The position numbers and the translations under genes are program-made. DNA of 64,000 nucleotides from Daphnia carinata. Taxonomy: Eukaryota. The stretch's first letter is position 1, and every line of letters starts with the position of its first letter. Of this stretch, positions 25,386 through 37,831 are shown piece by piece. Under the pieces are notes generated by a model that saw only the letters and a program-made list of their open reading frames with translations, had not been told where the DNA came from and did no database searches. The DNA is taken from NCBI RefSeq assembly GCF_022539665.2, contig NC_081331.1, positions 7,068,001-7,132,000 of the forward strand, in the 5' to 3' direction.

Positions 25386-28300
25386 TTTCGACGACTTGGT
25401 GGTGTCTTTGTTTCAAAAAAAAAAAATGTAACTATGCCTTTACAATCGGAAAACAAAAGGTGGCGGAATGAGGTTTTCACGCCACAGCAATTCACTCGTA
25501 CGCGTCCACCGCAGATGAAGACGCGCCCAGAATTTCACTCGATTTAAACGACGTGTCTGATGGACGACGAGCAACGTACACGCGAACCGACACTGCCTAC
25601 AGCTCAGCTCAGTCTGACAACGATGGCACAGTAAAGCGATTATTCGCCGGTAGAGGCGCTTTTTACCCTGAGGTTGTCTGCAGGGAGACACGGAAATAAA
25701 GTCTCGCCACGGGTAGAATGAAAAGTCACGTGATCTTGAATTTTACGTACCAAGTCCTATCCCCCTCCTCTGGGACAGATGGCGTCTGTGCAACCACCTA
25801 TTCTGTGGGACTTTCCGAACGAAGCGTCAGATCATGGGTTTTCTTTTTCCATCTGGATTGACGCAAGACTGTGGCAACCGTAACCTATGCAAATGAAGAA
25901 ACGACAGAAATAGGGACGAACCCAAAACATACCTGTTGTTTTTATTTATTTATGTTGGTTTCTAGACGGTATTACCCTATTTGGAAGGCTCGTATCAAAA
26001 GATGGTTCAAACCCTTGAAAAACGAGAAACCGCCATCTTGGCTCTCATTCTGTTTCCTTTTTTTATTTTCATTATCGTTCTCCATCGAACGTGACGAAAC
26101 CTATAAGATTCCCACGTTTTCTATTCTTTGAAGGCTCACGCGGTTGAAATTGTTGGAAACATAAGTACGGTCTTGAGTCGTTAATATAGGTATTCTTTTT
26201 AGACGAAGCCACCACTCAGCGCAAACAAAGAAGAATATTTCGAATTGCCAGTCTTCGTCTTTCACCCCAATAGTTCTTACGAAACTTACAATAACTAATT
26301 TTGAAACCATAAAAGGAGATTGTCGTAGAACAAGGCCAACCTCAACCACGTCAGTGTAATACAACATTTCGTGGTTGATTCACCGTCATTGGGTTTCCTG
26401 CGATGGCAAAATAATAAATAAATCCCTCGAATGCAATCCTTATTAAGTGTGACGGGAACTGATCTTGGCTTTGACTACTTTTTTTTTTATACTGATAAAC
26501 TGTAACTTAATCCGAATTTCCCTAAAAGTAAAAAAATAAATCTCGAATGGCGCCAACGTACAGACATGGAAAGCTGAAACACCGTGCAAGAAAAACCTGT
26601 CGCAAGAAAACGAGTTTTTTTCCAGTTGATTGTTAACGTTGCGGGCGAGTCCACAGGCAGGGCCGGGCTTTTCCCGCTAGTATAATGTTTTAAATACTCC
26701 AATGGCCTCGGGGTTGTTAAACAGCAAGAAGCTGGTGAATTCCTCCAGACACCTGCCGACCATTGACTCTGCAATGTTTGAATGTGAAGTAAATCATGGC
26801 ATAAATGCAACCGTGGGTACATGGTGGCTTGTGTTGCACGTTGCATCACTGTTAAACTAGGACAGAGATCCAAAGTGAAAGAAACCAACCGAGGGATGAA
26901 AGAGGGAAAAAAAGGTGCAACGGTCACACAATCCTATGGCATACGTACATAGCCTGAGGCTTTTAGTCTCAGCCCCTCGAATTCTCCCCTCGAGGCCGCC
27001 CTCGTAAACAAATGGGAAGCAGACGCGCATTCCCTAGCATCTGCTGTAAAGTTGGTCACACCATAGAATATTTAGAAGTATAAAACGATGAGGTTGTCGT
27101 GGCGTTTAAAGCCATCTTCTTCTCTAGCTTTTTCTACAGGTGAGATCATGATTATATCAAGGTTATTCGTTTCGTTCCGTGGAAAATGGTCGACCCCCCT
27201 GGTATACGTTAGAAACCCAGCCCATGCTCAGTCTAGTAGATGATGATAGTTCAGCAAAGAAGAATTCTCCACTGACAGGACTCATCTATCAAACGTAAAA
27301 AAACAAAAAGCAAGGCAGAGAATGTTAATTTCCTTTTAAAGCTTGACTCGCGAGGGAAGGAAACTTGGTTTTTTGAGGTCTGTTGGTACAAAACCTGGGT
27401 GTGACAGGGCTTTAGCTTAGCCCCCCATCTCTATGCGCTCATTCGCCTATTTTTGTTTTTTGTCTGTAGTTGAGAAAATGCAGATTTCTGTATTATTCTT
27501 TTTCGGTAATGCTGCTCAAAAGCAGAAAAGGCGATTGAATCCCTTTTTTGCTGTTGAAAAAAAAAACGGCTTTAGAAAAAAACTGTCGATTCACCATGAC
27601 CCCTTTGTGAAAGTGGATTCCAAATCGAACTTGTCGTAATAAGGACTTTTTAAATTTATTTAAGCGTTAGAGCTTTTGTACGATGTCAAAGGAGCTTTTT
27701 AAATATCAAAGAACAAAAGAATTAAAAAGAATATGCATGCCTAAACGCCATCTAGGTACAAATTTATGCACTTTCAACACTGAAATCCAAGATAAGTAAC
27801 AGCAATCACAAGGACCTGAGAAAGAAAATCTTCGCAAGGCGAAATTTTGAATTCAATTTAATAAATCGGGAAAAAAAGCAAGCTGTCGGCATAAAATTCA
27901 TAAAATACTATCATGATTCGCTTTGATTTGTATGTCGTGGGAGCGTTTCGACTTCGTGACCAAGCTGAATTCGTGCTTGCCAAGTGATAGACAAATAATA
28001 TCACGACTTTTCTCAACCCCTTGTATTAGGGCAAGAAGAAAGTTCATGGCTCATTTCCATTAACGCAATCTCATCTCGTAGTGCTTTTCAAGGAAGTTGA
28101 ACAGGGTTGTCCCCGTTCCGCTTCGTCTTTAAGTAATGGTTTAAATCCACCTGTTATTTTGCCTTTAACTTTAGCATTGAAAAAAATAGTACGAACTTCA
28201 AATGAAGCTATAACCCGCAAATATAAAATATTCGTATCCTTAAATCGTAAAAGTCGTACGTTGTTCCGAATTTTCACCTAATCCCTATTTCATACCGATG

Positions 28301-28470
28301 ACCAAGTTAATCAAATTATGGCATCGTAGGTGTAAATACATATTTCGAAGTAACATGAACTAGACTAGGTCTGGATTACAAATTTGTATTCGCATTTCAC
28401 AACATGTCAAAATAAAGAAAATCCATTAAGGAAAGCTTCGCCATTGGCCACGGCATGAAGGATCTTGTCA

Positions 28471-31400
28471 TTAACTGCGAAGGGCTTGAAATTGTCGGAA
28501 AGTATCGAGAATATTGCCATCCAAATCATGAGTAAACAGCAGGGTTTCCAATGTCTGACTGTATTTTTCCACCTGCTCGTGATGCTATAGATTTTTTTCA
28601 GCAATCAAATGAATATTTTAGTTATTTCACCAAATAAAAAAAAATATGACAAATATTTACCGCCATGAAAACTTGCTGAAGCCGACCAACAGTCCACTGA
28701 TACCAAAACGTATTGAAATCCTTGCCGTCCGTGTCGCAACGAACGACGTGTTCCGACAAAATCATAATGAAACGCTGTAACATATAATATTACTACCAAG
28801 GTTAACATAAACTGAATATGACAATACGAACTTGAAAGACTATCAGGAACAAGTTCTTTTGATCGGATTGGGCGGCTTCCAAACGTTCCTCCATGCGTTC
28901 AACCATCTCTTCTGTAGGCTGTTCCTCACCATCCTTTGGCGTGTCTTTATTACTGGAGGTTCGGCGACGTTTCTCCCCCGCTTCTATAAGTAATAACCAT
29001 GGTGTTATTGGGTCATGAGAATTTCTTCTACAATATGTACCTCTATTTGGATCATCATCAGACGATTCGGAATCAGAAGGAGCAGCTCTAAGTTTGGCGC
29101 GTGCATCAGCCACCTCTTTCTCTAAGCGGACAACATGCTTGTTCATTTTGCGAATGGTCAAATGCAAGATCTCCCAGATGTAAGAGCGAGTAAATTCGGG
29201 TGCCATGTCTCGTGAAAAGATCCAGTTTGCTACAGCGCAACATTCGACTATTTGTGTCTTTAGCATCTTATCAACCACTACGCCTAAAAATTGTGGATGG
29301 TGTTGCCATAATTCATAAACCTGACGAAGCATACATATTTGTGCTTCCTCATTCTCGCAAATATTCTGCAAAAATTTAAGTAAAGTTCTGTTTAATATTC
29401 ATTAAGCGTTCGGGTAAATTTTTTTTGTTTAACTCACCTTGAAGACTGAATGGTATTTAGCAAGTCCTGCAAATGTATGTGTGAAACTTTTTGACCCTAA
29501 ATGTAGTAAAGTCTGAACAAATACTTCAATCGCTAGGGGATTGTGTGAGGGCTCCATATCCCCGTCATCGTCTAAAAACAGCAATAGATAATCAAAAGCT
29601 TCGAATGGAAAGACGACTCATTGTTCTCACCTTTAAGGGGATTCGGTAATTGCTGGATTAACTCAAGAACCTCTTCGGGCGTTGGCTTCTTTCTCAACAG
29701 CTCAGTTAGAGCCTGCACTTGAGTTGCACCCGGAAGACCACTTCCACCTTCAACTTGGTATTTAAAGTAAGGTTCCGGTTTAGGAGGCAATAGCGGGGAA
29801 TAGCATTCTGGCACCATTTCATTCACGCGCTTAAAATAAGAGAGCCTCAAACATTTTCCAAAGACTTCTGATACAAACTTTGCCTAGAAAAAAAAAAATG
29901 CTTGCAGTTATTGAAAAGCTCTTGATTATCAAATTTCTGTGTTTTGTTTGTACCTTAGGGTGATCTTTCTCAAGTGAAAGGCAGTTCTGCCAATCATCCC
30001 AGCTCCAACGAAATTGGAAATTACTCAAGTGATATGAAAACCAAGAGACAAATCTATCAAAACAGGTGGCGTTCATGGTATCAATTCGTTCATAAAGCAG
30101 TTCTGTGGCCTGTGCCAAAACCTGGTTGAAATTAAGGATTAGTTACAGCAATTCAATGGCATCGGAGAAGCAAACGTTGCGTACTTGGGGCATAGTACTA
30201 GGCTGAAGCTTGCACAGTTCAATTAGTGTGCAGCCATAAGAAATTTCCAAATAACGCGGCGATGGCATATGAAACAGCTCTGAGAAAAGAACTTCAACGA
30301 TCATGTATTCTAGGGGGATTTTGTTTCTCTGCGGAAATGCCAACAACTGGGTAGCTCTATTAGGAAAACATAATTATTAAAACAAGGTCGAACGCTTCTT
30401 ATGAAAGGCACTCACAATTCCTTGCGTTCATTATGATGTCGAGTGACGATCTGGTGTAAATGCTCCTCAATCAAATAGCGCTCCACCGAGTGGGTCCCAG
30501 GTAGAAGAGGGCCGGCCTAAAATAAAATATTAAGTGGTAAGCCAAGGGTAGGAGAGGGTTCAACTGAAAAAATATTGAAACTAGAGCTTCGTGTACTTCA
30601 GGGCAGTCGGTGTAATCAAACATTCTGAACACAACCCACGGAAGTGGATATTGTGTACTAGCTGTATGCGGCGGAGGTAGAATAACTGGAAGATTGTGTT
30701 GAAGGGCCTCTGACAAGATAGAGTCAAATGCTAGATATGGGCGATAGATGTGTCTTTCTTGCCATTCATCTGTTCGCAGTTTTCGTACTTGAGCCCAAAG
30801 GCATTCAAGGTATTCTTCCTTTAAAAATAGACAAAATAATTATTTCAGAAGTGTTTGCTTGCTAATTGGTGTTTATGTTACCTGTGGGTGCGGAGTATCA
30901 CAATTCCAGACGCGAAGAGCAGCAACGTGAGCAGTATTTCTTCGACGAAGATAACCTTCCATGGCCGCCATGATGCGTTCGAGATCGTTTTCTTTTTTCT
31001 CGAAAAGTTCACGTCCTACCCATGGAAGGGCAGTTAACAATGCATACATGTACCTGAATATACAAATGGTATTTTATACTTATGCTTCCTAGTTTACTAA
31101 TACAATGTATGCAAGTACGCAGCACAAATAAAGTAAAAAATATAAATAAACAAAGATAATAAAATTAAACCAATAATAATAGTGTGTTACCAGTCGCGTC
31201 GCACTTGCGGAACTCCTTGTTCCATTGCAGCATCAATGAAGCTGTCATACAGTTGTAAAAGTGAAGAGGCAGAAACAATGTGACAGTTGACCATGTCAGA
31301 TATAAAGCGCACAATTAACCGTGCAGATTCCCACTGCCCTTCACGAATGGCTTCTTTCAGGTTTCTCACAATTTGTTCCACAAACTGGAAATAGAGAAAA

Positions 31401-31824
31401 AAAAAAAACTAAACTTTGTGGCAATCTACAATTAGAACCAAATAACAAACCTCTCCTCCAAAATTATAGTTTTTTGCATTTAGCAGACCAACTAATGTAC
31501 TGTAAATAGTACATTTTTCTGGCATCTGGATAGGGCATTCCGATAAAATACGCAATATTTTGCTTTTGTAGGTGTTCATATCAGCTTCCAAAACAGACGC
31601 AAGCCCTTCTAAATTGCTTTCCAACGATGACGAGGTTTTGTCTCCAACTCGTATTATGAGAGACTCCAGTCGATCTTCTATTTCAGCCTGTTCCGAGACA
31701 ACTCTACGTCTTTTACGATAGCCATGCTCTGTAAAATTTTGCAAGCAAACTTATGTAAAGTATCAAACATTGTTACTGTATCATATTGCTCACCATATCC
31801 ATCATCACGCTTTCTACGACTCAT
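28471..31824 (-). CDS. NCBP1: Nuclear cap-binding protein subunit 1 (CBP80), multi-exon
   Basis: [10 protein letters not shown]...RKRRR...[14 protein letters not shown]...[11 protein letters not shown]...[25 protein letters not shown]...VPQVRRDW...[18 protein letters not shown]...[17 protein letters not shown]...GSKSFTHTF...[17 protein letters not shown]...FRQFQALRS* (TAA 28473-28471). Confidence 0.96.
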
Positions 31825-32112
31825 TCTACAATTTTAAATTTTGGATTTGACGCTTATAAATGAACCACTGTACTGCAACATAAAAACGAAAAACCTTCTT
31901 CCACAAATTACAGGACGTTGCCAGAAAACTTAATATAGCCTTACGACGATAATCACGGCAATTCGTCTTGTAGTACATGATTGAATCACAAGATGCCATC
32001 TTTCTGCTAGCATTGTTTTCATTTGAATTCTTCGAACCAGTGGCAGTAACCACTAGTAGCTGATGTATCTAGAAACTAAAAATTCGAAAGCGAAATTTTG
32101 GTGTCATTAATC
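31825..32112. promoter_or_regulatory. Bidirectional promoter region between NCBP1 and MCM9
   Basis: Divergent start codons (31824 on -, 32113 on +) are only 288 bp apart. Confidence 0.65.
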
Positions 32113-35100
32113 ATGAATCTTACAGATTCAACTGTTGCTTCACGATCTAATTTATCTGGTACTTTTATACTAAAATTTTGTATTTTTTTGTATCTATTAA
32201 CTCTTCTGGGCTTTGTCAACGACCTGTCGGAAACTGAAGAACTTGTGATTGAATACGTGTTGAATCAGCATCGTCAGGATTTGATTTCAATATTAGAGGC
32301 CGAAGATGTCGAGCTACATTATTCTGTTGTAGTACAGTAAGTGTATTTATCCCTAAAGCCAGGTTGTTCCTGTAGTTTTACATTTCATTTGTTTTTAGTT
32401 TTGTGCTACTTCTAGAAACCTATCCTAAATTATGTGAAGCAATTTTATCCAATTCATCAAAACATCTTCCTTTGTTTGATGTTGCGTTAGTTAAAGCAGC
32501 AAAGATACTGCATAAATCCTTGGAATTAGATAAACAAATGGAGCTGATTCCAAAAGACAACATTCATTTTCGAGTCACAGGCCTACCTCACTGTCCTGAA
32601 GTGCACAGATCAACAATGCCTAAACTAAAGGATGATGGAAAATTTCTCTGTATTCAGGGCACAGTCATAAGAACAACACAGCAAAGGGTTCTAGAATATC
32701 AAAAAGAATTCAAATGCAAAAAATGTGGTCATGAATTTCTAGTAAAGGCTGACTATAATCAATATTACATAATCAAAACTCCACCACAATGCCCTAGCCC
32801 TATGAAATGCAAGTCTACTGCGTACCAACCTTTGGAAAAATCAACACCGACGTATCGAAAAGATTACCAGGAAATCAAATTACAAGAACCAGTTCACAAA
32901 CTTGCGATTGGGACCGTTCCTACGTCGCTATGGGTTACCTTAGAAGATGATTTGGTTGACCGGTGCAAACCAGGAGATGACATAATTGTTTGGTAAGCGT
33001 AGAAATACAGAAAAAACTGTAGTTTGCCTTTAAATTAAAAAAAAATAATTATAACAAAAGTATTATAATAATTTATCATAATTATAGCGGTCTGGTGAGG
33101 CGCCGTTGGCAACCCTTTGTCCGGGATCAGCGGTCAGTTTTGGAACTTGTACTCAAAGGAAACTTTATAGAAGTTGTGAACGAAGCAAAGGTTATGAATA
33201 GTGCTGTAAACGAGGAGCTAAACGACGGGTTTAAACTGTTTTGGTTAAAATACGCCGCCTGCCCTCTAGTTGGCCGAAATATCATTTTGTCGTCGTTTTC
33301 CCCTCAAGTGAGATATTCGACGAATAAGTTCTTTTTAACAATCTAGGAAAATTGTTCCATTTACACAGATTTACGGTCTTTACATCGTCAAACTAGCAGG
33401 TAGACCTCATTTCTTTATACATGTATTGGCATCTATTGATATATCTAGGATCGTAGCTGCCTAAGAAAACAATCAAGATCGAAATTCAAGAATTGCCTTA
33501 TTTGTTTTAATTCATTTATTCTTTTACAGCTGCTATTGTTCTTGCTGGTGGAGTTACAAGGAAAGACGATTCGGGAACCAAAGCCAGGGGAGAATCACAT
33601 TTACTTCTTGTTGGAGATCCTGGTATTGTACAAGTTATCAACTTAGGTTTCCGTAGACTTCGCTGAAGCGCTATTCTTTATGTTTAGGAGCCGGAAAATC
33701 TCAAATCCTGAAATATATCTGCAAGCTAAGTCCCCGATCAGTACTCACAACAGGAATTGGAACAACGAGTGCCGGTCTCACGGTGTCTGCGGCTAAGGTA
33801 TCATCAACAAATTAATTTGACTATCTGACACATTTAAAACTGTCACATGGATGATGCTATGTAGGATTCTGGATTATGGCATTTAGAAGCGGGAGCACTT
33901 GTTTTAGCAGACGGAGGTGTGTGCTGCATTGATGAGTTCAGTTCCATACAAGAAAGAGATCGTGCATCGATACACGAAGCTATGGAACAACAAACCATCA
34001 GCGTTGCCAAAGTAGAAATATATTAAATTTGGCTCATATCTAAGATCGTAATTGTGTCATTGTGTTCTTGTAGGCTGGAATGGTATGCAAGCTTAACACG
34101 CGTTGCTCTATTATAGCTGCGACAAATGCAAAAGGGGGTCATTATGACACCAGCCTTAATTTGAGCGTAAATGCCGGGCTGGCAAGTCCTCTGCTTTCTC
34201 GTTTTGACCTCATTCTTGTACTGATAGACAGTAAAGACAATAATTGGGATCAAATTGTTGCTCACCATATACTGAACGGGAACGATACTTCAAGTGGCGA
34301 TACGGCTCTTTGGTCTTTTGAAATGATGAAGTCATACTTTGGCATTATTAAAAATCTCAGGCCAATGCTTACTCCAGATGCTAACCGAGTCTTATCGAAA
34401 TACTATTATGCTCAACGACAGGCGGATGATCGAAATGCAGCTCGCACGACAGTAAGGATGTTGGAGAGCATGATCAGGCAAGAATTGCAAAATATTATTA
34501 GTAGCATGTGGAAAAAACAAATATCTTCTTATTGTCTTGAATTTTTAAATGCAGGTTAGCCCAGGGCCATGCAAGGTATATCCGTTTTTATTGAGTGTTT
34601 TCAGGAAAAAATCAACTAAGCCTTATGATGAATAGACTAATGTTCCGCGAAGAAGTTAACGTAATGGATGCCGTCGTTGTTGTTACTTTAATGGAAAGCT
34701 CAATGCAATCTGCTGCATTGATATCAGCAGACAACTGCCTCCACTCGTCATTTCCAGTAGATGCTATGCTCGAATACCAACATCAAGGTAATTTGTGATG
34801 ACTCCGATTCGGCCATTTTTCTCAATTTTTATATTTCTAGTTGAACTAGTGCTGAAACGGTTGGGATTAGAAGATTTGCTAACTTCTGAAATGGAAAGTT
34901 TGAATGAATTTGCTGCTTTGCCAACCGACAACTATGCAAGTCATCCGTTTCCGAATGGTAAAAAATCGGCTAGCAATGACCTCCATATAGCACAAACCCA
35001 AGCAATTTTAGCGAACATTCAGAGGCAAAATCACAATAAAACCAGCCTCTCTGAAGGTGAACGAAACGAAAGTGGTATTAAAAGGAAACCACTCAATGAT

Positions 35101-35451
35101 AAACAATCGCGATCTAAAAGAATTAAATTTTCGGCGGAGGATATTCCTCCGTCGTCTACTTCAGAAGGCGGGTGCGTTGATAGTCATAAGACAAGTAATA
35201 CCCAAGAAGATATTAGCCATCATTCGAAGACCAGGAAAAACAGGATTGAAATAGACAAACATGATTCTTCTGAAATGTCGAATTACAATGCAGATCAGAG
35301 AAACCAGTCATGGGATGAAATTTCCTCAGTTATAGGATCCCCAGTGATATCTTCTACTATCATAGAAAATTCTTCCTCCAAGTCTAAGTTATCCATTTTC
35401 AAGTATCAAAGAGACGAAAGTGAAGAAGACGATACTATTTTTGATCTTTGA
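32113..35451 (+). CDS. MCM9: DNA helicase MCM9, multi-exon, with one GC-AG intron and a 21-nt micro-exon
   Basis: GTVIRT, CKKCGH...C...C zinc site, [41 protein letters not shown] (Walker A), [82 protein letters not shown]. These motifs fit MCM9 rather than MCM2-8. Confidence 0.92.
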
Positions 35452-36358
35452 TTTCTTGTACGCTACTCGTTGTCTTATTTAGTACTGAAATAAAAATAAA
35501 AATTCCGTAAACAAAATGTCATGTCTAAAATAGTTATGATTTTTATATTCTACTCGATTTCAACTACTATGTTCGATAAATGCTGATAAAGAGAGTACAT
35601 TTCGTGCTGTGGAAGTGACAAAGTGGGATGGCTGTGCTGTCATTGACACCATTAGGACTAGGCCACGCGTTAAATGAGTAAATATTTTGCCGTTTGAACG
35701 GGTAGATGTAATGAGATCAGATCAGTATGTTTTCCCTGTGGGTTCGTCTATTTTTTTCCCTACGCGGTCTCGATCCATAGTTGAAGTATGCAAAAAAAAA
35801 CTGCAAGGTTCGGTACCCAGTTCCAAACCCAGTCCACGCTACTTTCTTCTCGTTTACCATGATTTTTACTTCACAAAATTATTATTATTCAAGTTTTTCG
35901 TGCTAAAAATTGTATTTGTTGATAATAGTCGTGTTTTTTATGGCGTTGTGTAGTTCTGGTTTTCTGGATTATTCAAAACAGCCGCCCCAACTTACCAGCT
36001 TGGGAAGTGGTTTGCACCGGATCGCCCCAGACCGACTTTTTCCTGAAGAAACTATAGGCTCGCAAGGTGTTAGCAAACCGGGGCCGAGCCGTAGTTATAG
36101 AAACCGGTTTCTGTAACTGTATTACTACGAGTCCTACGACGATTACCACGAGCACGAACAAGGCCATGAAGAAGTGAAGCGGTAGGCGAACCAGTGTGTT
36201 TAGGTATTGACCTCGAGGCAATACTCTGGCTATTGTGTGACATGAAATGTTACTGCTGTAAGCAGGCGGCCATTAAGTCTCAATTTTCACAAGGGTTAAT
36301 ATTGAAGTAGTAAAAAGAGTTTTATCCAATCTTTTTGATTACGTGATATTTGTCAAAA

Positions 36359-37831
36359 ATGGGAAGGAAGAAGAAAAAGCCATCGAAACCTTGGTGCTGG
36401 TACTGTAACCGAGACTTCGATGATGAGAAAATCCTACTACAACATCAGAAAGCCAAACATTTTAAGTGTCATATTTGCCACAAAAAACTATATACTGGAC
36501 CTGGGCTATCGATACACTGCATGCAGGTAGAGAAAATTGATTCTTCTTGCGCGCTATTGAAGATGCCCAATATAATTTTTACAATTTTAGGTTCATAAGG
36601 AAACATTGGATAGGGTGCCGAACTCTCTGCCTAACAGAGGAAATATTGAAATTGAAATTTATGGCATGGAAGGAATACCAGAAGCTGATATTAGAGATCA
36701 CGAGGCACAGAAACAAGGTTGAACAAAGCTCCTATTTACATCACATTTTTGTTATGTTAGATAACATGTTAAGGTATTTTTCAGCCGGCAGGATAACAAC
36801 TGCTGCAGGAGCTGACAGTAGTGATGAAGAGGGAGGATCTTCAGCAAAAAGAGCAAAAACAGCTCAACCGGCAGGTCAAGAATCAACTGGTCCAAGCATT
36901 CCATCACTTGGATCCATGCCAATAACCCCAATGCTTGCGTCTCCTTTCATGGGCATGGGTCCCATGAATCCTTACTTAGGGCATTTACCCCTGCCGATGA
37001 TGGGAACAGTGCCACAAATGCCTCTCCCTGGTGGAGCAATTTCCTCACCTCAGACACCATCAAAGCCTCTTTTTGCATCTTCTAGCAGCCCATCCTCCAG
37101 CAATAGTGCCTCCAAGCCAGCATTTGCTGCATACAGGTATATTTTACCAAAACCATGCATGTTTAAATATGAGTATTGTTAGTGGTCTACATATTTAAGT
37201 ATATTATGGTTATTGTCATCAGTTCTTCTGGTGCTGGAGCAACTATTGTTGGAGAATCAACTGTTCCCAAAAAGTCAGGTGTCATTGCCACTCAAGCTGG
37301 ATCCAGCAAAATAATGCACCCAGAAGAGGATCTCTCATTGGCAAGTTTTTAAAATGTCACGCATTTATAACAAATAGTTAATACTTGCTCGTTAGGAAGA
37401 ATTACGGGCACGATTTCCTCGCTATCAAAGAAACTCAGTACCAACAAGCATGCCTCAGATGTCCGTTGCCAGCCCGCAAAATACTACAGTGGGCCCTGTG
37501 AGTACCGTAAACAGTGGGCAAATGGGCTTGCCGATGGGCCATCTTCCCGCCGGTATGATGATCCCTATGCCCATGGCACACATGGCGCTCCCACCCCATA
37601 TGCAAATGGGAATGGGTCCTATGGGACTGCTCCGTGCACCACACATGCCTCCTGGTATTTAATTTTTTATTGTATATTTTTTGTTTTTGTTTTTGTTCGT
37701 GCAGTTTTTTATAGAACTTTTGTGTTAAATGTTAATGATAAATTTTAAAAAATTTTATAGGCATGCCTGGAGGATTCTCTCCATATGGTGCTCCTCTCGG
37801 CTTTCCAATGATGCCACCGCGCTTCCGGTAG
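36359..37831 (+). CDS. ZNF207: BUB3-interacting GLEBS-motif zinc finger protein (BuGZ/ZNF207); ~6 exons
   Basis: [62 protein letters not shown]...[12 protein letters not shown], Pro/Met-rich region, [24 protein letters not shown], ends MMPPRFR*. Confidence 0.97.
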
